A stretch of 45,249 nucleotides of DNA from a virus (taxonomy: Duplodnaviria > Caudoviricetes): IMG/VR virus record IMGVR_UViG_3300022936_000003, positions 1 through 45,249 of that record. One strand, written 5' to 3'. The notes under the pieces are model-generated. The model had not been told where the DNA came from and did no database searches. It saw only the letters and a program-made list of their open reading frames with translations. Position 1 is the stretch's first letter; the number at the start of each line of letters is the position of its first letter. The position numbers and the translations under genes are program-made. Positions 16,991 through 25,279 of the stretch are shown here, piece by piece.

Positions 16991-17280
16991 TTCGGCTCCG
17001 TGGTGGCGTTGGATTGCGCAATAGCGACCTCGGCTTCGCTCTTGGCCTTGCCGCGCTCCTCGATGGCCTTTGCGCCGTACAAGAGGGCCACGCCGCCCCA
17101 GGATGCGCCGACGAAGATCGCCCCGGCGTTGAGGTCCATTTCCTTCAGCACGACGGCGACGGTCGCGATAGCGGACGACGTGGCGGCGGCATACAGGACG
17201 TAGGGACGGGCCAGATTGCCGAGAGCGGCCACCGTGCGCTCAAACCGGGCTGCGGGCGGCTGGACGGGTTGATCGGTCAT
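16987..17280 (-). CDS. holin
   Basis: two TM segments, charged C-terminus, immediately upstream of the endolysin. Confidence 0.7.
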   Translation of the reverse strand: MTDQPVQPPAARFERTVAALGNLARPYVLYAAATSSAIATVAVVLKEMDLNAGAIFVGASWGGVALLYGAKAIEERGKAKSEAEVAIAQSNATTEPK

Positions 17281-17318
17281 CGGCGGCTCCTATCGAGGCC
17301 GCACCGATAACACGGTGT

Positions 17319-17789
17319 TTACTTTTCGTCATCCTTGGGCAGGACAACCTCATGGGCCTCAACCTCACGGCCAGCCATGAAGTCCCAGAGCCGTTCTAGG
17401 AACCGCGCCGCATCGGGTAGGTTGTTCGCCAGCACCGCAATGGCGGCGGCACCGGCCGTGAAGGTCGCGAACATGCCGCCCTTGGATTTCAGCGTGTCGC
17501 GAATCGCCGTCTTCGCGCTGGCGATCTGTGACGGCGCCGGGTTCAGCGCACGCTTCTGCACCTCGTCCCGCGTCATGTTGACCTGCAGTTCAAGGTCACT
17601 CAACCGCCCCTCGAAGGCCGTCTGTTTGCCGTCGATCTTCTGAACGTCCTGACGCATGGCCCGGATTTCGTTGATGACGTTGTCGAACAGGGCTTCGGTT
17701 CGCTCGTTCGCCGCCGCCTGGGCTTCTTCGGTGCGGCGGGCCAGACGTTGATAGGCCGCTTCGCCCCCTGTCGCGCGTCGCTCCGTCAC
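17319..17789 (-). CDS. coiled-coil membrane protein of the lysis region
   Basis: GTG 17789 with GAGGGG SD; long coiled coil plus one TM; the frame stays open to 18068. Confidence 0.65.
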   Translation of the reverse strand: MTERRATGGEAAYQRLARRTEEAQAAANERTEALFDNVINEIRAMRQDVQKIDGKQTAFEGRLSDLELQVNMTRDEVQKRALNPAPSQIASAKTAIRDTLKSKGGMFATFTAGAAAIAVLANNLPDAARFLERLWDFMAGREVEAHEVVLPKDDEK

Positions 17790-17934
17790 TGGCCTTCCCC
17801 TCACAGATGCGGCGCTAGGGCCAACGCGGTGCGAACTTGTGTCCCGATAGGTAGCACGGCGTGCGGTCTGCATGTCGGTCGGGTCCTCTAAGGCTTCCAC
17901 CGGCTCAACGCGCGGCGGGGTGAAATCGGCTAGG

Positions 17935-18429
17935 TCAATCTTCGGTGGATCGGGCCATAGCATCTTTCCGACGAACCAAACGCAACCGATGAAGCCAAGC
18001 GACGACAGCGTCAGAGAGAACAGCGGACCCACGTCGGTTCTCCCAAAAGGCGGCCAGAAGCATGACACTATAGACTAGGTTCAACCCTCGAATGTAAAGC
18101 GGCCATGCCAGTGCGTCGCCCTGGTAGAGCATGTGAAGGCCGGACTGGAAGGCGAAGGCCACGGCCAGAAAGCCCGTCAGGCGCCCTCCCACGGCCGGGT
18201 AAAGCAAGGCCGCCAAAGCCCCACAAGCCGCAAGGTCCACCACGGACCACGCCAGCACCGCCTCCCTGTGCGGCAGGACCATATCGAGCGAGGTCGTGCA
18301 GAGGAAAGAGGCCCCGAGAATGGCCGAAGCCGCCGCCGCTGGAATGCCATCTCGGCGAGACGCGCCCGCGATAGACAGAACAGAGACGGCGGCGGTTGCC
18401 ACGCCGAAAAGAAGCGTGAGCCAGAACAT
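17935..18429 (-). CDS. polytopic membrane protein (about 5 TM)
   Basis: hydrophobic segments throughout; TAATG coupling to the upstream gene. Confidence 0.7.
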   Translation of the reverse strand: MFWLTLLFGVATAAVSVLSIAGASRRDGIPAAAASAILGASFLCTTSLDMVLPHREAVLAWSVVDLAACGALAALLYPAVGGRLTGFLAVAFAFQSGLHMLYQGDALAWPLYIRGLNLVYSVMLLAAFWENRRGSAVLSDAVVAWLHRLRLVRRKDAMARSTED

Positions 18430-18671
18430 TACGGGTTCGGGTCGGACGGCGGGTTCGGGTCGTTCTTGTTGCCGGTCCCGCCCGAGCGGGTAGCGATGCC
18501 GCCCTCGCCATACTTGGCAGCGAATGCGACCTGGGCCTCGTTCAGGGCTGCGTGATGGGCCTCCACGGCGGCGGTCAGGCCGGCGTCGCCCACGCGGGCG
18601 GCCTCGGCCTCCAGAGCGAACAGCGTGTCGGCGCAGGAGTCGATAAACTCCTGATCGGTCTTCTCAGTCAT
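18429..18671 (-). CDS. small helical protein with RSGG-TGNKNDPNPPSDPNP tail
   Basis: ATG 18671 with GGAG SD. Confidence 0.7.
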   Translation of the reverse strand: MTEKTDQEFIDSCADTLFALEAEAARVGDAGLTAAVEAHHAALNEAQVAFAAKYGEGGIATRSGGTGNKNDPNPPSDPNP

Positions 18672-18742
18672 GTGGGATGTCTCCAGACGGCAAAACGCCG
18701 CCGCCAAGGTTTCCCTTAGACGGCGGCGAGTGGCAAGGCGGT

Positions 18743-21583
18743 TTAGACCGGCGAGACGAGTCGCCAGATGTCGTTCAGTACGATGCCCGGCGCTTGGGTG
18801 TTGGCGTTCCCGCTAACCAGGTAGAGGCGGCCGTTGAACGTGTAGGCGACCGGGGCGTGGCGTTGCAGGTAGTTCGGAGCAGTCGCCAGCAGTCGCCAGT
18901 TAATGCCGTCGTCGCTAACCCAAGTGTCGGCGTAGTTGTTGTTTGCCGGGCCGATGTTGTCGTACCCGGCCATCAGATAGAGCCGATCCTCAAACGCGAT
19001 GAACGCCGGCCAGATGCGCGGAGCCAGCGGAAGGCTGGCGCTGACCAGCGTCCATGTCACCCCGCCGTCCGCCGACTTCCACAGATCGTTCAGAGTGGTC
19101 AACGTCGGATAGGTGACCTCGGCCGGAACGTTGGCGACCGTGCGGGTCCCCCCGAACAGATAAAGGTCGCCCTTGAACTCCGCAGCGACAGGAATGTCAC
19201 GCGCGCCCCAAGGTGCAGCCGCGATGCGGGACCATGCGTTGCCGGTCGGATCGTACTGCCACACCCCGTCCGTCGCGCCGGGCGTGGCCCCGGTGCCGTG
19301 AATGAACAGCATCTTGGCCTTATGGACGAGGGCGGGATTGTCGTAGCTGGACACGCCCCAAGGCAGAGTGTTGAGGATTTTGGTCCACGTAACCCCGGCG
19401 TCGAGACTCTTCCACATGCCCGTTCGGAAGGCATACATCACCCCGTTGAAGGCGATGACCTGACTGAAATCGTCGTAAGGCGGGGCCGCGTTGACGAGCG
19501 TGTAGTTGATACCATCCGGCGACTTCCAAACGTCTTTCCGCACGGTCGTTCCGGTCGGATAGTAGCCGTTGGCGATATATTGATTGCCGCCCAGCTTGAA
19601 CGTCTTGGCGCTGTCCCGCGTCGAGAACGCGGCCGCCTTCTTGACCCGCTCCCAACCGGCCTCGGGAACGACTGGCAGAGCCTCGCCGCCCGTGCGGTTG
19701 ATCAGTTCGCTGTCCGAAAGGGCGATGGGAACGACCACCAGAGACTTGATGATTCCGCCAACCCGAGCCGTGGGCGTTCGCGGCGTTGCGCCCACGGCCA
19801 CGGTCGTCACAGTCGGAACTGCAGCATCGAAAACCCAGCTTGCCGGCTTCCCGTTGCGGACCATTTGAACATCGTCTTTTTTGATGCGGACCCCGACCTG
19901 TTCGGTCGCATTGACCAGCGCAATGTCGGCCGAGCGCGAGACACCCGTCACAGCGGCGTTGACCTCCACCACAGCGCCAAGGCCCCCACCCGTCTCATTA
20001 ACCAGCGTAACCATGTTGCGGTTATCGGTGCCGACATAGGCCGCGAAGAAGACGCGCAGGCCCAGACCGAGATTGGAACCCCCGCCGGTCAGGACTACGT
20101 CCGTGAGTATCGAACACCCTTCGTCAAGGCTCAGTCCGTTGATGTAGAAATCGTCAGCCGCGCGGGTCAGGGCGACGTTGTCGGACGGCATGTAGCTGGT
20201 GACGAAGTCGCCCCGCATGATGTTTGCGCCCCACATGTGGAACGTGATGGCGTTCGACGTGCCGACCGTGCCGCGCAGTTCGATCTCAAGCGGCCCTGTG
20301 GTCGCCCCAGCAGCTTCCACCCGGTTCCAGCGTTCCCAAGACCCAGAGAACGTATGCACCGCGTAGGAGCCGCCAGACACGCCGCGAAACCCGAGCTTTT
20401 GTCCCGCGACGCCTTTGACGAAGACTGAGTGGGCATAGTTGGCAGCCGTCACCGTCGTCACCGTCTGAAAGATGACTGACCGATCCCCCGCCGCCGTCCC
20501 GCCGTTCAGGGTCATCACGATCTTGTCGGCGGTCATCGTGCCGTCCGGGGCCATCGCATCGTCCGACGTGATGACCGGGATAGAGCCAACGCCGGTCCCG
20601 GCCCTATCCCATACGTTTGCAAAATCTGATGTAAACCGGAGAAGCTGGGCGCCGGTCGGCTCAACCAGAAGGCCCAGGCCTTTGACGTATCGAGGCGCAC
20701 CGGATGCGAAGTTTGTCACAACGCCGGGGGCGGTCTCCCAAGTCGCAACGGACGCACGGGCAAAAGTGACGCCGGCAGCGGCCAGCGGGTCGTCTGACAC
20801 CGAAAAGCCCTTGCGGAAATACCCGACATCGAAAAGCATTTCGGCGCTGCGGGCTGCGAAATCAGCAGCAGCCACCGGATCAGTGACGCCGTATGCCGCC
20901 GCCCGCCCCTCGGCGGCCGCGATGTTCTGGGCGCTGTCGATGCGGTCGTCAAAGTTGTCGAGCCGCGCGCCCAAGGTCGGATAAAGCGCCCGCGCCTGCT
21001 CAACCTCGGCTGCGTAGCCCGGCTCAATGCCGATTTGCGCGAAACTGATGTTGGTCGTGCCCACGACAATGTCGGCCTCGTCGGCTGGGAACGTCCAGCG
21101 GATGCCCCGGCCTGTCGTCCCGCCCTGAACGACGAAGGCGATGTGGGCCAAGTCTGCCGCCGTTGCCGCGAAAGCTGCGCGCGACGCCGCGCCTGATGCC
21201 GGGACGGTATAGAGCCCGTTCTGCGTTGGATCCGTCTGATAAGGGACCAGAACGCTGTTTCCGGCGACGAGCGTAACGCCGTCAAGGATGTCCCCGGCCT
21301 CCAAGCCATTTGCGAGGTTGACGTTCGCAGTCGCGCTAGCGTGGATGATGGCCGTCGTCCATCGAACGCCATCAACAGACCCGTTCAGGGCGAGGTTGAT
21401 TTCGTAATCCGCGACCTCCCAAGCGTCGATGATCTCGCCCTTGTCAGGCTCATTCTCACCGCTAGCCGGAACGCCATCGGTCACATAGCGGCGGAAGGCG
21501 CGGCGACCAGCTTGAGCGGTCAGTCCCATTGGGAAGTCTCCGGTGTTCGGGGCGAAAGGCACGACGCGGCGGGACAATGCCAC
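18743..21583 (-). CDS. receptor-binding/tail fiber protein with carbohydrate-binding-like domains and C-terminal Asp-box/Kelch beta-propeller
   Basis: VLVPYQTDPTQNGLY tail-fiber motif; repeats WKSPDGINY, WKSLDAGVTW, WKSADGGVTW, WVSDDGINW; LYLFGG/LYLMAG Kelch-like motifs. Confidence 0.82.
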   Translation of the reverse strand: MALSRRVVPFAPNTGDFPMGLTAQAGRRAFRRYVTDGVPASGENEPDKGEIIDAWEVADYEINLALNGSVDGVRWTTAIIHASATANVNLANGLEAGDILDGVTLVAGNSVLVPYQTDPTQNGLYTVPASGAASRAAFAATAADLAHIAFVVQGGTTGRGIRWTFPADEADIVVGTTNISFAQIGIEPGYAAEVEQARALYPTLGARLDNFDDRIDSAQNIAAAEGRAAAYGVTDPVAAADFAARSAEMLFDVGYFRKGFSVSDDPLAAAGVTFARASVATWETAPGVVTNFASGAPRYVKGLGLLVEPTGAQLLRFTSDFANVWDRAGTGVGSIPVITSDDAMAPDGTMTADKIVMTLNGGTAAGDRSVIFQTVTTVTAANYAHSVFVKGVAGQKLGFRGVSGGSYAVHTFSGSWERWNRVEAAGATTGPLEIELRGTVGTSNAITFHMWGANIMRGDFVTSYMPSDNVALTRAADDFYINGLSLDEGCSILTDVVLTGGGSNLGLGLRVFFAAYVGTDNRNMVTLVNETGGGLGAVVEVNAAVTGVSRSADIALVNATEQVGVRIKKDDVQMVRNGKPASWVFDAAVPTVTTVAVGATPRTPTARVGGIIKSLVVVPIALSDSELINRTGGEALPVVPEAGWERVKKAAAFSTRDSAKTFKLGGNQYIANGYYPTGTTVRKDVWKSPDGINYTLVNAAPPYDDFSQVIAFNGVMYAFRTGMWKSLDAGVTWTKILNTLPWGVSSYDNPALVHKAKMLFIHGTGATPGATDGVWQYDPTGNAWSRIAAAPWGARDIPVAAEFKGDLYLFGGTRTVANVPAEVTYPTLTTLNDLWKSADGGVTWTLVSASLPLAPRIWPAFIAFEDRLYLMAGYDNIGPANNNYADTWVSDDGINWRLLATAPNYLQRHAPVAYTFNGRLYLVSGNANTQAPGIVLNDIWRLVSPV

Positions 21584-21606
21584 CGCACAGCCGGATTGTC
21601 ACCGCG

Positions 21607-23631
21607 TCAGGTGACGGTCGCGATCTGGGCGCCGAGGGCGACGGACTCAACGCCTTCCGACGAGACCGCCACGGCCCAATAATACCACGTCCCCGGCGCG
21701 ACCGTGTCCTGATAGACGACCGCCTCGCTCAAGCCGGCCGCATAGGAATAGACCCCGACCGAGTCGGTATAGTTCACGGTCGCAGACCGGCGGAACTTCA
21801 CTGCCGAGAAACCGGGCGTTGCGGGCGCATCCATCGACAGGTCAGCAACCCCGACGCCGCCCGTCGCGAGGAAGTTGGTCGGCGGGGGCGTGACGGCGGT
21901 CGGGGCCGTGGCGTCAACAGCGGCAGGTGGTGACGGAGCCCAGTCGCTTACCCCGGCGGCGGTCGTGGTCTGGACCTGAACCTGTAGGGTCGTGGCCGCG
22001 ACAGGGGCGGTCTCGACCGTCACGGCGCCGCTGATGAAGGCCGGGCGCGGCGCATCCGCGACCCAGTCGTCATCGCCCGTCGCGCGCCACTGGACCGAAT
22101 AGAGGGCGTCGGGGTCTCCGATGTCCGACAGTGTCAAGCGGAGGCGCGGCAGGGCGTCGTCGGAATAGAACACGTCAATGTCTGTGATGGTCGCCTGGGC
22201 CGCGTCGGACGGCGGGATGCGGCCCTCGATGACCGGGCCGTCACCCTCCTGCGAGACATCGAAATCGTATCGGGTCGGATCAACCGAACGGACTTGAACC
22301 CGCATCACCCGCTCCGACAGGTCGGTCTCGATGCGAAGGAACTCGACATAGACATCCGCCAGCGACGACGGGCCGTCAGCGATTTGCGCCCGGTGGAAGC
22401 GGTTGCGGAAGATGGACGAGGGCAGTCGGTCAAGGTCGAAGACCCACTCGCCCGTGTAGAGGGCTTCACCCTCCGACAGTTTGATGGTCGCCAACCGCAT
22501 GGCCTGATTATTGTTCGTCACCTCCTCAAGCTGAAGGGTCACGGGCTTGCGGCCTATGGCGTCGATGCTGTCCTGATTGACGACCGAATCCGTGTCCGCG
22601 ACTTCGAAGAGCAGTTCGGCCACCCGGAACCTGGGCTGAACCTCGTTCACGCGCCGCGACTTCGGGACGCCGGCCGTCCAGCTATAGTCAATCAGCATCG
22701 AGGCCGTCAGGATGTCGGTGGGCTCGACCCAGCGGCCACAGCGGAACAGATATGACCCGTCGCCCAGTTCGACCATCCAGCCGTCCATAGAGCGGATGAA
22801 GCGGTCGCGAACCGTCTTCCGGTCGTCGTCGGCCTCATACCAGACGAAGGCCTCGTAACGCGGCGCTGTCCCGCCACCGGCTTGCGGATAGAGAACGTCG
22901 CAGGCGTCCGCCTCGGCCGTCAGGTCCGCGAGGTTCGGGGCGAAGCGGCGATCCCAGTCGAGGCCGTTCACATACCATTCGTCATGGACCCAGCAGACGA
23001 TAGGATTTGCGCTGTATTGCCACGTCGAGGGGTCTAGGCGGTCCTGCGCCTCATCCCGCCAGTCATAGACGCAGAGCCAGTCCTGGGCGATGGAAAGGTC
23101 AATCTCGCCGTTGGGGTAGATGGTCCGCATCTTCTCGTCGGAGACCATCTGACAGACCAGCCCCGCCGTCATGGTTCCGTCAGCCCGGTGCGCGGATGTC
23201 CACTTGCCGTCCGCCCTCGCGACGACAATCGCATGGGCCGTTTCGGTCGGGAGGCCGTCTTTGAACGACACGTAGACCGGCCCGCCGTAGCGCCCCGCCT
23301 CGCCCTGATCGGTCTCGCCCGTCCCGGCGTCATACGTGACGATGTCGTCCTGAAAATACAGGACCCGGTTCGTCCCGGCTGTGCGTCCATCACAGAAGGC
23401 CAGCACGTCCAGCGTATATTTCGGGACCGACTCATAGAACAGCGCCGCGCCGGGCTTGCGGCCATGCCCGTAGGCGTAGTGGCGCGGCGGGATCGGCTGT
23501 TTGATCGGGGACCAGCCCACCGGCCGCGCACGGTCCTTTTTCGTCAGTTCCCCCACGGCGTAGTTGATTGCCACCGCCACGACGATATCAACCGCCGCCT
23601 TTGCCGCTGCGACTAAGAACTGTTCGGCCAC
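21607..23631 (-). CDS. central tail tip protein (gpJ-like) with C-terminal FN3-like domains
   Basis: position; WQYSANPIVC, EADACD; GTWYYWAVAVSSEGVES FN3 motif; GTG 23631. Confidence 0.8.
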   Translation of the reverse strand: MAEQFLVAAAKAAVDIVVAVAINYAVGELTKKDRARPVGWSPIKQPIPPRHYAYGHGRKPGAALFYESVPKYTLDVLAFCDGRTAGTNRVLYFQDDIVTYDAGTGETDQGEAGRYGGPVYVSFKDGLPTETAHAIVVARADGKWTSAHRADGTMTAGLVCQMVSDEKMRTIYPNGEIDLSIAQDWLCVYDWRDEAQDRLDPSTWQYSANPIVCWVHDEWYVNGLDWDRRFAPNLADLTAEADACDVLYPQAGGGTAPRYEAFVWYEADDDRKTVRDRFIRSMDGWMVELGDGSYLFRCGRWVEPTDILTASMLIDYSWTAGVPKSRRVNEVQPRFRVAELLFEVADTDSVVNQDSIDAIGRKPVTLQLEEVTNNNQAMRLATIKLSEGEALYTGEWVFDLDRLPSSIFRNRFHRAQIADGPSSLADVYVEFLRIETDLSERVMRVQVRSVDPTRYDFDVSQEGDGPVIEGRIPPSDAAQATITDIDVFYSDDALPRLRLTLSDIGDPDALYSVQWRATGDDDWVADAPRPAFISGAVTVETAPVAATTLQVQVQTTTAAGVSDWAPSPPAAVDATAPTAVTPPPTNFLATGGVGVADLSMDAPATPGFSAVKFRRSATVNYTDSVGVYSYAAGLSEAVVYQDTVAPGTWYYWAVAVSSEGVESVALGAQIATVT

Positions 23632-24023
23632 TAGGGAACCCTCCAGGCCGCCAGCATCGGGGCCTTGATCACTCGCAGGCCGCGCTCCGACATCACGGCC
23701 CACCTTTCGTTTCCGACGTAGATTCCAGCGACGCCCGGCTGTCCGTCAACGGTCCTGACGCTTACCACGCCCACGTCGCCCCGCAACGGCTCCAGCGTGG
23801 GCAGGAGGCCGATGGACGCGGACCCCTTCGCCATGACCGCCAGAATGCCGCCGTGGGCCTGTAGCACCTCCCAGCAGCCGAATGCGGTGGCGTATGTCCC
23901 GCGCCACTCGTCCCCACCGTCGCCAAGGCCAAGAGACCGCACCCAGTTGGCCGTGAACAGCGCGCAGTCGTTCTGCCCCCAAACGGTCGTCTGGGTCGTC
24001 GCGTCGTCCAGAAAGGCGGTCAG
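23631..24023 (-). CDS. NlpC/P60-like tail tip protein (no canonical start)
   Basis: WGQNDCALFTANWV...EWRGTY...GDVGVV motifs; the conserved part lies upstream of the first GTG, with only CTG/ATA available. Confidence 0.75.
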   Translation of the reverse strand: MTAFLDDATTQTTVWGQNDCALFTANWVRSLGLGDGGDEWRGTYATAFGCWEVLQAHGGILAVMAKGSASIGLLPTLEPLRGDVGVVSVRTVDGQPGVAGIYVGNERWAVMSERGLRVIKAPMLAAWRVP

Positions 24024-24565
24024 GCGGGGTATTGGCGTCTCGTCCCGAGGCTGTAGTTGTTCACGTAATCGAAGGCCCGATCAGTCGGGTTCGCGTTCTT
24101 GGCGCTCCAGTGGATCAGGAGCGAGCGGCGCCGGTCAGTGGTGGACGTGGCGACCGTCAGTGTCACCGACAGCGACCGGCCGTCTTCCTCGCCCTGTGTG
24201 CTGCTGAACCCGACCTGTTCGGCGTCATAGGTCGCTTGCCACTGAACATCCCCGGTCGGTTGCCAATCGGAGTCGAACTGATATTCGCCAATCGAGACGC
24301 GGGCGCCGTCGAAGTCGGCCGGCGTGTCCACGAGAGACTTCAGGTCATCCGACAGGCCGTCGAGCGTGAAGGTGTATTGCGCCGCGTCGCCCATCAGAAG
24401 CCGGTCCATCGCTGGGATGCGGTCCAGCGCGAGGCCCAGGTAGATCCCGCCTTCGGTGTCCACGTCATCGGCGGGTAGGCGCCGGGGATGCGAGCCGGTC
24501 CAGACGCGAATCGGCGGGGTGCAGCCGATGAACATGAAAACGGCGGGGCGGGATGTCAGGATCAT
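24020..24565 (-). CDS. tail hub/baseplate protein
   Basis: position between the distal tail and NlpC genes; IRVWTG...YLG...DRAFDYV pattern. Confidence 0.7.
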   Translation of the reverse strand: MILTSRPAVFMFIGCTPPIRVWTGSHPRRLPADDVDTEGGIYLGLALDRIPAMDRLLMGDAAQYTFTLDGLSDDLKSLVDTPADFDGARVSIGEYQFDSDWQPTGDVQWQATYDAEQVGFSSTQGEEDGRSLSVTLTVATSTTDRRRSLLIHWSAKNANPTDRAFDYVNNYSLGTRRQYPA

Positions 24566-25275
24566 TCGGGAACCGCTTCAACGAACTGGGCCGTGAACTT
24601 GCCGTAGCGGCGATTTCGCAGCAGGACGCCCAACTCGGCCGCGTTTTCCATGCGGACCAAACAGCGCGGGTCTTTCATGGCGACGGCAGACCCGGCCGCA
24701 ATGTCGGCGCGCAGCGGAACCCGGATCACGACGGTGTAAACAACGTCAGGCCCGACCGTCGCCATGTCCAGAATGCGGATGATCTTGTGGCCCTCGGGAC
24801 CGTCGTCATTCTCAACGCTGAACATTTCGCCGCCGATCAGGGCTTGGGCGGCGCCGGGGCGGACAATCTGGATTGTCGTCGCGTTCATCAAGGCCGACGC
24901 ATAGGTCAGGGCTTCCTCCCCGGATGACGCATAGAGCGAACCATCCGAGAAGGGCGTCCCGTCGCTGTGCGGAACCCCCCCATAGCCGCCGGTCCCGCCG
25001 TCAACGTCAGGGGCTCGCAGCCACGGGAGCATCGGGACGATAATCGGCGTCGCGCCCCCGTCTAGGATGCCTTCAAGCGCCTGGGCCGCGAGGATTTGCG
25101 TTCGGGTCAGGACGTTGATGTCGGCATAGGTGATGCGGACCAAACCCCCGGCGGACCACTGGGCCACCCGCAAGGCCCCGCTGGCGGTGCGCCCCCCGAC
25201 CTTGGCGGCGCCACCGCTGAACCAAGACGCGATGTGCAGGGGCTTCAGTGTGCAGACCGGCCAGACATCGAACAT
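24562..25275 (-). CDS. distal tail protein
   Basis: follows the tape measure gene; PHSDGTPFSDGSLY, VPLRADI...F.EA pattern. Confidence 0.7.
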   Translation of the reverse strand: MFDVWPVCTLKPLHIASWFSGGAAKVGGRTASGALRVAQWSAGGLVRITYADINVLTRTQILAAQALEGILDGGATPIIVPMLPWLRAPDVDGGTGGYGGVPHSDGTPFSDGSLYASSGEEALTYASALMNATTIQIVRPGAAQALIGGEMFSVENDDGPEGHKIIRILDMATVGPDVVYTVVIRVPLRADIAAGSAVAMKDPRCLVRMENAAELGVLLRNRRYGKFTAQFVEAVPE

Positions 25276-25279
25276 GGCA

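Noticed and set aside
18677-20428. 583-aa plus-strand ORF
   Set aside because: Antisense shadow of the receptor-binding gene in high-GC DNA; no motifs
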